A stretch of DNA of 44,666 bases from Candidatus Anoxychlamydiales bacterium. GTDB lineage: Bacteria; Chlamydiota; Chlamydiia; Chlamydiales; SM23-39. A program made the position numbers and the translations under genes. The DNA lies in assembly GCA_011064875.1 (NCBI GenBank), contig JAAKFV010000003.1, positions 1 to 44,666 on the forward strand, written 5' to 3'. Below the pieces are notes generated by a model. It was not told the origin of the DNA. It did no database searches and worked only from the letters and a program-made list of their open reading frames with translations. Of this stretch, positions 36,674-44,666 are shown piece after piece (positions within the stretch are counted from its first letter, which is position 1; the number at the start of each line of letters is the position of its first letter).

Positions 36674-37822
36674 ATGAAAGTTGTAATATCAAAACATGAA
36701 CTTACTCAACTAATTGGGAAAATTCAAAATATCGTGGCTAATAAGCCAGCTATTCCTGTTTTATCCAATGTCTTAATAGAAGCTAGAGATGGGCAACTAT
36801 ATCTGAAAGCAACCGATTTAACAACGAGTATGGTATGCTTTTCTGAAGCTAAAGTTGTAGAAGAAGGAGCGATTGCTCTTCCTGCAAAACGATTTTTTCA
36901 TCTGATAAAAGAACTTACTTCTCCACAAATCAAAATCACTTGTCCAAGCTCTGATGTAGCTGAGATCACTTCTGTATCTTCTCATTTCAAAATCAACGGT
37001 ATGGTAAAATCAGAATTTCCATCTCTTCCTGATATTGCTAAAGCTACTCAAATTCCTATTTCATCAACTACTCTAAAAGAAATGCTATATAGAACATATT
37101 TTTCAGCAGCAAGAGAAGATTCTAGATTTGTATTAAATGGTATCTACATGAAAGTAGATAAAAAAATCGCATCTTTTATTTCTACAGATGGAAAAAGACT
37201 CTCTAAAATGTATACAAATATTGATATTGATCCATCCTTTCAAGGATCTTATATATTACCATTAAAAGCTGTAGAAGAAATGGTTAAATTACTTTCTGAT
37301 GATGAGCAATTAGTAAATCTATCTTTAATGCATGATAAAGTGTTTTTAGAAAGCTCAAATCTTACCCTTATAACAAAACTTCTCTCTGGAGAATACCCTG
37401 ATGTTGAAAAAGTAATACCTTCAAAGGCAACTACTACAATGACACTACATAGAGAAGAGCTAATTACACTTCTTAGACAAGTATCTCTATTTACTCCAGA
37501 TAGCTCTGGATCAGTTAGGTTTATCTTTGATCAAGGTGAGTTACAACTTACAGCTATGAGCTCAGATATTGGAGAAGGTATTGTTTCAATGCCAGTTGAT
37601 TATTCAAAAGAAAAACTAGAAGTCGCATTCAATCCATTCTATTTTATGGATATTTTAAGACACTCCAAAGATGAGACTATCAACTTTTCTATTCAAGATG
37701 CATATAACCCAGGAATGATAACAGACTCTACATCTGCTACTTTTGTTATCATGCCAATGAGATTAAACGATCTCAAAACTGATAGCGAAGCTGATGTTTC
37801 TCAAAACCCTGCGTTTGCGTAA
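36674..37822 (+). CDS. dnaN: DNA polymerase III beta clamp
   Basis: 'P.LSNVLI', 'ATDL', 'R.VLNG', 'TDGKRL', 'GEYPD', 'IMPMRL'; AAGGA RBS before ATG 36674. Confidence 0.95.
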   Translation: MKVVISKHELTQLIGKIQNIVANKPAIPVLSNVLIEARDGQLYLKATDLTTSMVCFSEAKVVEEGAIALPAKRFFHLIKELTSPQIKITCPSSDVAEITSVSSHFKINGMVKSEFPSLPDIAKATQIPISSTTLKEMLYRTYFSAAREDSRFVLNGIYMKVDKKIASFISTDGKRLSKMYTNIDIDPSFQGSYILPLKAVEEMVKLLSDDEQLVNLSLMHDKVFLESSNLTLITKLLSGEYPDVEKVIPSKATTTMTLHREELITLLRQVSLFTPDSSGSVRFIFDQGELQLTAMSSDIGEGIVSMPVDYSKEKLEVAFNPFYFMDILRHSKDETINFSIQDAYNPGMITDSTSATFVIMPMRLNDLKTDSEADVSQNPAFA

Positions 37823-38867
37823 TTTTAGAAATTACTCTAATTTTACAATTAATTTCTCTGAACATCTAAACGTAATATGCGGGCAAAATGCTATTGGAAA
37901 AACCAATCTATTAGAAGCTATTAATTTTATTTCCACTGGAAAATCCTTTAGAACTCTAAATTTAAAAGAGCTTATAAAACATGGGACAAACTTTTTTTTT
38001 ATAGAAGCTGAATTTTTTATAAAAAACATCTCTCAAATCATTAAAATATACTACGATGGTACTACAAAAAAAATAACTCATAATGCAAATTCTTATCCTT
38101 CTTTTACCTCTCTTTTAGGAATTTTACCCACAACACTCCACTCCCCTGATGATCTAAACTTAATTAAAGGAAAGCCAACTGCGAGGCGTAAATTTTTAAA
38201 TCTATATCTAGCTCAAGAAGATCCTTTATATGTTCATCACTATCTTCGCTTTACAAAAGCTTTAAAACATAGAAACCATCTTTTAAAAAGCAAAAAATCT
38301 CATCTATTAAAACCATTTAATATTGAGCTAGCAAAATCTGCAGCTTATCTAACAACTAAAAGAAAAGCATTTTTAAAAACCCTTCAAAAACCATTAAATG
38401 AAATTTTAAAAAATCTATCAGATGTAATCGATAAACCTAAAATTTATTATCTTTCATCTATTCAAGATGAAAATGATATAGAAAAAACAAATCTTTCATA
38501 TCTAAAAGCTTTAGAGCAAAATCAAAAAAAGGATCTAGATTTTAAAACAACTCTAATCGGCCCTCACAGAGATGATTTTTCTATTAATTTTTCAGGAAAA
38601 GCAGCTAAAAGCTTTGCTTCAGAAGGTCAGAAAAAAATTCTATTATATGCTATTCGATTCGCTGAGTGGGAGCTTCTACATTCTAAATACGAACAGAAAC
38701 CTCCTTTTTTAATCGATGATTTTGATGCACATTTAGATGAAAAACATAAAAAAAACCTTAAGCAAGCTTTTAAAAAATTCTCTCAGGTTTTTATCACTAT
38801 GCCTAAGACAACCGAAAGCTTTGAAAATGCTCATTTTATTAATTTAAAAGATCAAATGTTTAAATAA
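37794..38867 (+). CDS. recF: DNA replication/repair protein RecF
   Basis: 'NFRNY', 'GQNAIGKTNLLEAI', 'SFR', 'GPHRDD', 'SEGQ', 'LIDD...HLD'. Confidence 0.95.
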   Translation: MFLKTLRLRNFRNYSNFTINFSEHLNVICGQNAIGKTNLLEAINFISTGKSFRTLNLKELIKHGTNFFFIEAEFFIKNISQIIKIYYDGTTKKITHNANSYPSFTSLLGILPTTLHSPDDLNLIKGKPTARRKFLNLYLAQEDPLYVHHYLRFTKALKHRNHLLKSKKSHLLKPFNIELAKSAAYLTTKRKAFLKTLQKPLNEILKNLSDVIDKPKIYYLSSIQDENDIEKTNLSYLKALEQNQKKDLDFKTTLIGPHRDDFSINFSGKAAKSFASEGQKKILLYAIRFAEWELLHSKYEQKPPFLIDDFDAHLDEKHKKNLKQAFKKFSQVFITMPKTTESFENAHFINLKDQMFK

Positions 38868-38874
38868 AAAATAT

Positions 38875-39519
38875 TTATTTATGATCTTTATTTAAAAATT
38901 TATCTTTTTTAAGTTTATTTTCAACCATAGCTCTTTTTTTACTACTTAAAATCCCTCCTGTTTTTTGTATCTGCTCTAAAGCAACTTTAGGAAACCTTAC
39001 AAATATTTCTAGACGTTTCATTATTTCTTTTCCTGATTCATCCATTTGTTCAATTTTATTCAAAGAACTCCTCGGTAGATCAAAACAACTTGCAAATTCT
39101 CTTTGGGTAAGATTCAACCATTTTCGAAATTCACAAACATCTTTGCCATCAAACTTTTGATAAAAAAAAGGCTCAAAAATGAAAGAAGAAGGTCCTCTCT
39201 TTCCAATTGAAACTAAAAGGACTAAAGGATCTTTTTCTTCTTTTGAAATTCCAGAAGATTTACAATATTCTTCATAAGCTGGATTTTGAGAACTTGGAAT
39301 TCTATCTTGAAAAGATGGAAAAAGTTTTTTTGAACGATGAATTTTACGAGTTAGAGGAAGTTCCTCTCCAACTGGTATTACATGTTTAGCATATAGATAC
39401 TTTTGGTCATATTCAAAAATGTAATCACCCTTCTTGCGATACAGCTTACCTACAAAAACACGGGTTTTTCGCTTTTTTAAATAAACTTCTACAGCTTGTA
39501 TAGTTTTATTCTTATTCAT
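38875..39519 (-). CDS. HipA N-terminal (HipS-like) domain fused to a C-terminal XRE-HTH; putative antitoxin/autorepressor
   Basis: 'VYL......VG.L......Y.FEY...Y', 'LPLT', 'LFP.F.DRIP' (couple_hipA-type) plus 'RKWLNLTQREFA..F.L....L.KIE' HTH. Confidence 0.8.
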   Translation of the reverse strand: MNKNKTIQAVEVYLKKRKTRVFVGKLYRKKGDYIFEYDQKYLYAKHVIPVGEELPLTRKIHRSKKLFPSFQDRIPSSQNPAYEEYCKSSGISKEEKDPLVLLVSIGKRGPSSFIFEPFFYQKFDGKDVCEFRKWLNLTQREFASCFDLPRSSLNKIEQMDESGKEIMKRLEIFVRFPKVALEQIQKTGGILSSKKRAMVENKLKKDKFLNKDHK

Positions 39520-40402
39520 TTAATTCCTCTATTCTGCGATTAATTAAGGCAGCAAAAGCTTTTTTTCTTTTATTACTCATGAAACTATCGTTAATTAATT
39601 GAAAAATTCTGCTTTTAGATTTCAATACAAGAGTCTTGAATTTTTCTACAACTCTCTGGCGTTTTAATCTTTTCCATTCTCGAACATAGTCACTTAAACT
39701 AGGTTCATTTGTATGATATGTTGCAATAGTACCTTTCGGCTCATGAATGGCTCCTAAAAGCATTTTAATTTCAATTGCCAAATAACTAGGATTATCATAA
39801 GCAGGAGCTAGTTGAAATCCAAAAGGAGTTTGAATAAGAGCAAGATTCCTTCCATGTCTATCATGATTTCCTATTAATGAATCAAAAAGAGAAATTTGAA
39901 TAAATTTTTCAACATCATTTAATCTATTAGTCTTATTTTCAATAATTTGCGAAATCGTTTCACAATCAAAAGAATTATCTCCTAAAAAATGGTAGATATG
40001 AATCAAAGAACTATTAGGAATATTTTGTATAAAATTTTTGCTAACAAAAGTATCTAATTTATTTTGAAAACGAATAAAATAAAACTGTGGAACTTCAATT
40101 TTAAGAAGTTGAGCTATTTGATTGCATAGATATTCACAAGCAGGCAACTCCGGATAATCTTTTTGTTGAACTTTTAGGATATAATTTTTTCCTCCTAAAC
40201 TTCCTGAATATTTTCGAAATTTACCATGAAAAAAGCTCGAATTTATCTTTTCAAAAACTTCTTTTCCTAAATAGCTATTTCTAACAACTATATTGCTAAA
40301 CTCCTCTTTTATTCCAAACCACTTGATAAAGCATTCTGAATGCAGCCCTGATAAAATAGGATCTTTTCTTAAAATCTCTTTTTTGCAGCAATAACAAAAC
40401 AT
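39512..40402 (-). CDS. HipA-family (HipT-like) Ser/Thr kinase toxin
   Basis: 'SSFFHG', 'YILK', 'EYLC', 'IGNHDRHGRN', 'LAPAYD'; start at MFCYCC (40402), because the longer ORF-track extension runs through the promoter/operator. Confidence 0.85.
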   Translation of the reverse strand: MFCYCCKKEILRKDPILSGLHSECFIKWFGIKEEFSNIVVRNSYLGKEVFEKINSSFFHGKFRKYSGSLGGKNYILKVQQKDYPELPACEYLCNQIAQLLKIEVPQFYFIRFQNKLDTFVSKNFIQNIPNSSLIHIYHFLGDNSFDCETISQIIENKTNRLNDVEKFIQISLFDSLIGNHDRHGRNLALIQTPFGFQLAPAYDNPSYLAIEIKMLLGAIHEPKGTIATYHTNEPSLSDYVREWKRLKRQRVVEKFKTLVLKSKSRIFQLINDSFMSNKRKKAFAALINRRIEELNE

Positions 40403-40435
40403 CTTATATTCCAACGTTTTTAAATAATTAATATC

Positions 40436-40527
40436 AATATAACAGATAATGATTTTGGCGTCAAATTGGACCATAAAGTTTATGGTCCAATTTGAGACCA
40501 TGTTTTATATGGTCCAAATTTGGACCA
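40436..40527 (-). promoter_or_regulatory. hip operon promoter and palindromic operator array
   Basis: Minus TTGACG(40464-40459)-17nt-TATATT(40441-40436); IR TCAAATTGGACCATAAA-G-TTTATGGTCCAATTTGA (40461-40495), GACCAT..ATGGTC (40496-40514), TGGTCCAAATTTGGACCA (40510-40527). Confidence 0.8.
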
Positions 40528-40582
40528 AGATAATCTTCTTTATTGTTGATTTATAGCTATTTAAGATAAATATATATTTTGG

Positions 40583-42160
40583 CTAGAGTTGTAAAAATTT
40601 CAAATATTCTTTTCCAATATCAAAATCCACATCTTTTTTAGCAAATAAATCTAAAAACTTATTTGCTAAAATCTTACCTAATTGAACGCCTTCTTGATCA
40701 AACGAATTTATATCCCAAATAAAACCTTGGAAAGCTACTTTGTTTTCAAAGTAAGAGAGCAAAGCTCCTAAAGTATAAGGATCTAATTGATTAGCTAATA
40801 AAATATGATTAGCTCTATTTCCTGAAAAGTTTTTGTTAGGATTTTTATTTTTTTGTCCTTGAGCTAAGGTTATGCTTTGAGCAAACATATTAGATAAGAG
40901 TTTTTCTTGAGATTTTGTTTCTTTTACTTTTAAATCTTTTTGATATTGCGATTTTTTAAATCCTATAAATTCAATAGGAATTATATCAGTGCCTTGATGA
41001 AGGAGCTGAAAAAATGAGTGCTGAGCATTTGTTCCAATATCCCCAAAAATTATAGGTCCACTTTTATATGAGATTTTTTCACAATTTTTATCGATAGATT
41101 TACCATTTGATTCCATATCAAGTTGTTGTAGATGCAAGGGAAAATATAAAAGCGCTTGAGAATATGGAATAATAGCCTCTGTAGAATAACCTAAAAAGTT
41201 TCTATTCCAAATCCCTAAAAGAGCTGAAAATAGTGGTAAATTATTTTGATCCTCTTCAAGAGCTATTTTATCCATATAAGATGCGCCCTTTAGAAAATCT
41301 TTAAAAGTATCTATTCCAAAACAAAATCCAAGTAAAACACCGCCTACCATAGACGAGGCTGAATATCTACCACCAACGTAGTCCCAAATATAAAATGATT
41401 CTAGATACTTGGAGGGATCATCCATAGGAGAGTTTTTACCTGTAACAGAGGCCATGTGATCTTTTGGATTTAAACCTTTTTTATGCAAAAAATCTTTTAC
41501 TATTTCTTCATTGGTTAAAGTCTCTAGAGTAGTTCCTGATTTTGAAACTGATACAAAAAGTGTTTTTGAAAGATCAATACTATCCAATATTTGAGAGCTA
41601 TCGTCTGGATCAACATTTGAGATAAAATAAAATTCTCTATTTTTTAGAGTATATTTTTTTAAAGCTGTTGCTAAAGCTTTAGGTCCTAAAAAAGATCCGC
41701 CAATTCCTATTTGAACAATATTTTCAAATTTGTTGTCTTTATTGATTTTTTCTAAAAATTTATCTAATTTTTCAATCTCTTTATAAGCTAAAGAGCTTGC
41801 CTCTTTTGCTTCTTTAGAAGGATTTTTTTGTTCAAAAAAATCTCTCATTGCTGTATGCAAAACTTTTCTATTCTCAGATTCACACCCTTTTAGAGAATTT
41901 ACAATTTTGCCATCTTGCATATCTTTCATTTTTGAGATTGCATTTGTATCTTTTGAAAGTTCAAAAAGAGAATCGATTACATCTTTAGTAACTCTCTCAG
42001 TTGCATATAAAAGTCTTAGGTCAAGTTTTTTTTCTCGAGTAGAACTAGATATTTGCATTTTTTTGATTCTATCGAGAGTAAATATATCTTTATTCGTTAG
42101 ATCAATTGGATCAGAGCCAAGCTTTTTTAATTTTTCATAGCTCTTTAGTTTGGTAAACAT
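40583..42160 (-). CDS. pgi: Glucose-6-phosphate isomerase
   Basis: 'GIGGSFLGP', 'SKSGTTLET', 'VGGRYS', 'QQLDMESNGK', 'QHSFFQL.HQG', 'FDQEGVQLGK'. Confidence 0.96.
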   Translation of the reverse strand: MFTKLKSYEKLKKLGSDPIDLTNKDIFTLDRIKKMQISSSTREKKLDLRLLYATERVTKDVIDSLFELSKDTNAISKMKDMQDGKIVNSLKGCESENRKVLHTAMRDFFEQKNPSKEAKEASSLAYKEIEKLDKFLEKINKDNKFENIVQIGIGGSFLGPKALATALKKYTLKNREFYFISNVDPDDSSQILDSIDLSKTLFVSVSKSGTTLETLTNEEIVKDFLHKKGLNPKDHMASVTGKNSPMDDPSKYLESFYIWDYVGGRYSASSMVGGVLLGFCFGIDTFKDFLKGASYMDKIALEEDQNNLPLFSALLGIWNRNFLGYSTEAIIPYSQALLYFPLHLQQLDMESNGKSIDKNCEKISYKSGPIIFGDIGTNAQHSFFQLLHQGTDIIPIEFIGFKKSQYQKDLKVKETKSQEKLLSNMFAQSITLAQGQKNKNPNKNFSGNRANHILLANQLDPYTLGALLSYFENKVAFQGFIWDINSFDQEGVQLGKILANKFLDLFAKKDVDFDIGKEYLKFLQL

Positions 42161-42290
42161 TATTTAACCTCTTTTTATAAAAAATGACACATCTAGTTTC
42201 TTTAGACAAGTAAATTTTAGATATTTTAATAAAAAAAAAAATTTGAATTGATCAAAAGACTTATTTTGATATAAAATAGTCTTTCATAAT

Positions 42291-42365
42291 CGGGGTATAG
42301 CGCAGCTTGGCTAGCGCGGCTGGTTTGGGACCAGTAGGTCGGGGGTTCAAATCCCTCTACCCCGA
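42291..42365 (+). tRNA. tRNA-Pro(TGG)
   Basis: Full cloverleaf: CGGGGTA/TACCCCG acceptor, GCGC D-stem, loop TT-TGG-GA, GGTTCAAATCC T-arm. Confidence 0.95.
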
Positions 42366-42426
42366 TCCATTTAAACAAACTCTACTTTTTTAAACTAAAA
42401 GGTTACTTCTCGAAAAGACTCTATAT

Positions 42427-42471
42427 TCTGAGATCCTAGATCCTCGGATCTTAGATTCTCAGATCTAGATC
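42427..42471. repeat. Hairpin built from degenerate AGATCYT heptamers (five GATC); probable bidirectional terminator
   Basis: TCTGAGATCCTAGATCCTCGGATCTTAGATTCTCAGATCTAGATC between convergent tRNA-Pro and trmB. Confidence 0.55.
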
Positions 42472-43127
42472 TTCGCAAATTTAATGTAATTTATAGCTTT
42501 GCCTTTAGATTGAAACAGACTCAAAAAAAAAGAAGATCCAAAATCTTTTGCATCTTGAACAAAATACGGTTTTTTAAAAATAGCTTTATATTCTTCAACT
42601 TTTAAAAATTCACTTATAATTTCATCTCTATAATCTTCATTATCGGTTATTATAGTGATTGTTTCATCTTTTTTTTGAACTCTATTCACTTCTTGTAAAA
42701 ACTCTTTTTTAAGGAGTCTATTTTTAGCATGCTTTTTTTTAGGCCAAGGATCTGGAAAATTTATAAAAACATCCATGGCAAAATAATCTTCTAAATAATG
42801 TTTTGTGAAAACAAATGCCTCTGATTGAACAACAAATAAATTTTTCAGATTATCTTTATGCATCTTAAACCAGATTTGTCTCGCTCTTAAAAATTTCATC
42901 TCAACTGCTATAAAATTTATATTTAGATTTTTTTTTGCTTTTTCAATTATCCACTCACCATTTCCCGAGCAATACTCAATATTTATCTCATTATCATTTT
43001 CAAAGGTTATTTTATCTGTAAACTGATCATGTGCATCATAATTATCTGGGACATATAAATACCGATTTAAGATAATCGGTCTTCTATCTTCATACTTAAA
43101 TGGAATTACTAAATCACTTTTTTTCAT
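42465..43127 (-). CDS. trmB: tRNA (guanine-N7)-methyltransferase
   Basis: 'IEYCSGNG', 'FIAVE', 'NFPDPWPKKKHAKNRL', 'TD'. Confidence 0.92.
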   Translation of the reverse strand: MKKSDLVIPFKYEDRRPIILNRYLYVPDNYDAHDQFTDKITFENDNEINIEYCSGNGEWIIEKAKKNLNINFIAVEMKFLRARQIWFKMHKDNLKNLFVVQSEAFVFTKHYLEDYFAMDVFINFPDPWPKKKHAKNRLLKKEFLQEVNRVQKKDETITIITDNEDYRDEIISEFLKVEEYKAIFKKPYFVQDAKDFGSSFFLSLFQSKGKAINYIKFAKI

Positions 43128-43246
43128 AGCTATAAAGTATAAAAGAACCTAATCTAGATATCCATATCTAAATTTTTGCTTGCAGATTTAAAAAACAAAT
43201 TGCTACTATGCAAAAAGCCCCATTAATGAATGGAGATTAATACTTT

Positions 43247-43996
43247 ATGAGAAGAATAAAAAATTTTAAACTTTTAGCTATCTTTTTTACCTTATCAAAT
43301 CTTTTTATATTCCCTATTTTTTCAGAAGAAAATACAAACATTTTAAAAGAGACTTTCACCACTACTCTAGATGTAAAAGAAATATTTTCAGCATCCCCTG
43401 TTATCTATGCAACTTTAATTGTATTATCTGTAGCCGCTGTTAGCGTTTGGATGTATTGTCTATTTACCTTTAGAGAAAAAAATAATATGAGCACTCAAGT
43501 CATTAAAGATGTGAAAACATATCTTTTAAATAAAGAGTTTGAAAAGGCAATAAATTATTGCAACTGCCACGGACATCTATTTGCGAGCATTATATCTTCT
43601 GCTCTTTGTGTTAGATCACATGGCCCGCAATTTGTTGCTCAAACTATGAAATCAGAGGGACAAAGATTCACAACTAAATTTTGGCAAAAAATAGGTCTTT
43701 TAAACGACATAGTGATAATAGCCCCGATGTTAGGTCTTTTAGGAACTGTAATCGGAATGTTTTATGCTTTTTATGATATCAATAGATCAATAGATACTAT
43801 CTCATCTCTATTTGATGGTCTAGGTATCGCTATTGGGACAACAGTCGCTGGTTTAATTGTTGCGATTATTGCTATGATCTTTCATGCAACTCTAAAGTAT
43901 CGCCTCGTAAAAATGTTGAATGCTGTAGAAAATGAAGCTTTTGGCTTGTGTCATCTAATAAATCCAAAAAATAAACGTAAAGGAGATGAGCTATGA
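43247..43996 (+). CDS. exbB: MotA/TolQ/ExbB proton channel family protein
   Basis: 'APMLGLLGTVIGM..AF', 'G...A..TTVAGL.VAI'. Confidence 0.88.
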   Translation: MRRIKNFKLLAIFFTLSNLFIFPIFSEENTNILKETFTTTLDVKEIFSASPVIYATLIVLSVAAVSVWMYCLFTFREKNNMSTQVIKDVKTYLLNKEFEKAINYCNCHGHLFASIISSALCVRSHGPQFVAQTMKSEGQRFTTKFWQKIGLLNDIVIIAPMLGLLGTVIGMFYAFYDINRSIDTISSLFDGLGIAIGTTVAGLIVAIIAMIFHATLKYRLVKMLNAVENEAFGLCHLINPKNKRKGDEL

Positions 43997-44475
43997 GTCT
44001 TATCCCTGAAGAAAATCTAAAATCTAGATCAAATTTTAATTTTGCTCCTATGATTGATTTTCTATTTTTGATGCTAGCTTTTTTCGCAACACTTGCTGTT
44101 TCTCGCGCATCTTTATACGATACAAAACTAAATCTCGTTCAATTAAAAACAGAAGAAGGTGCTCAGCCAATAAAACAAGCAGATGAATCTCATCAAATCA
44201 ATTTAAGTGTTACGGACTCTGGAAGTTATCAGTGGATTACAGAAATTCAATCATACCCTATGGAAGATCTACAAAGAATAAAAAAAGAGTTAAACTACCA
44301 ACATCAAATTGGCTTACTTCCTAAAGACAAACGCCAAACTCAAGTTCTATTGCATATTGATAAAAATGCTTCTTGGGATCCCGTTGCAAAACTTATTTTT
44401 GCAATTAGAGAAGAAGGCTTTGATGCTTTTCCTGTATATGAGCCTGATGAAATTGTAAGTTCTGAAGAAAAGTGA
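43993..44475 (+). CDS. exbD: ExbD/TolR family protein
   Basis: 'N.APMIDFLFLML.FF', 'L.IDK.A.W'; coupled to exbB. Confidence 0.88.
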   Translation: MSLIPEENLKSRSNFNFAPMIDFLFLMLAFFATLAVSRASLYDTKLNLVQLKTEEGAQPIKQADESHQINLSVTDSGSYQWITEIQSYPMEDLQRIKKELNYQHQIGLLPKDKRQTQVLLHIDKNASWDPVAKLIFAIREEGFDAFPVYEPDEIVSSEEK

Positions 44476-44575
44476 AATATTTTTTATATTTTTAAAAATA
44501 AAAAATATAGCTGCAAATATCGGATTTCTTGACTAAAACCTAAAAAAATCATAAATTATATTCTTATTCTTTTAC

Positions 44576-44657
44576 GCCCAGGTGGTGAAATTGGTAGACA
44601 CGCCAGACTTAGGATCTGGTGCCGCGAGGTATGTAGGTTCGAGTCCTATCCTGGGCA
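44576..44657 (+). tRNA. tRNA-Leu(TAG)
   Basis: GCCCAGG/CCTGGGC acceptor, CCAGA-CT-TAG-GA-TCTGG anticodon arm, long variable arm, GGTTCGAGTCC. Confidence 0.95.
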
Positions 44658-44666
44658 TTATTGGTT

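Noticed and set aside
40403-40501. 33-aa N-terminal extension of the HipA kinase in the ORF track
   Set aside because: It runs through the promoter and operator palindromes; the MFCYCC start is more plausible.

Overview
Very AT-rich bacterial chromosome segment. The gene content points to Chlamydiota, possibly an anaerobic Anoxychlamydiales-like lineage (inference): SET-domain protein, NTT-family transporter, Inc-like proteins, a histone-like protein and the smpB-dnaN-recF order. The first ~5.1 kb is an accessory island. Three non-functional 3' halves of a tRNA-Met(CAT) (att-like scars), two of them inside a ~220-bp direct repeat, delimit small integrase-free modules carrying an AbiE type IV toxin-antitoxin pair and a Fic gene plus a GT90 glycosyltransferase. 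Next come candidate Inc/T3SS-effector genes, a dif-like site (~6967-6994), two tandem PEX11-like paralogues, and nucleotide-handling genes (HIT, NTT, GMPR/IMPDH family, membrane-anchored Adk). The centre holds a tight four-gene operon, phosphotransacylase-thiolase-acyl kinase-acetoacetate decarboxylase, which looks like a natural CoA-transferase-independent, ATP-yielding acetone pathway; an NDP-forming acyl-CoA synthetase/GNAT gene lies just upstream. The right part holds a 57-aa histone H1-like gene missed by the ORF track, rarA, smpB, a 42-aa-repeat protein, dnaN, recF, a split HipA-type TA module with a palindromic operator array, pgi, tRNA-Pro, trmB, exbBD and tRNA-Leu. All calls come from motif recognition by eye; no searches were run.
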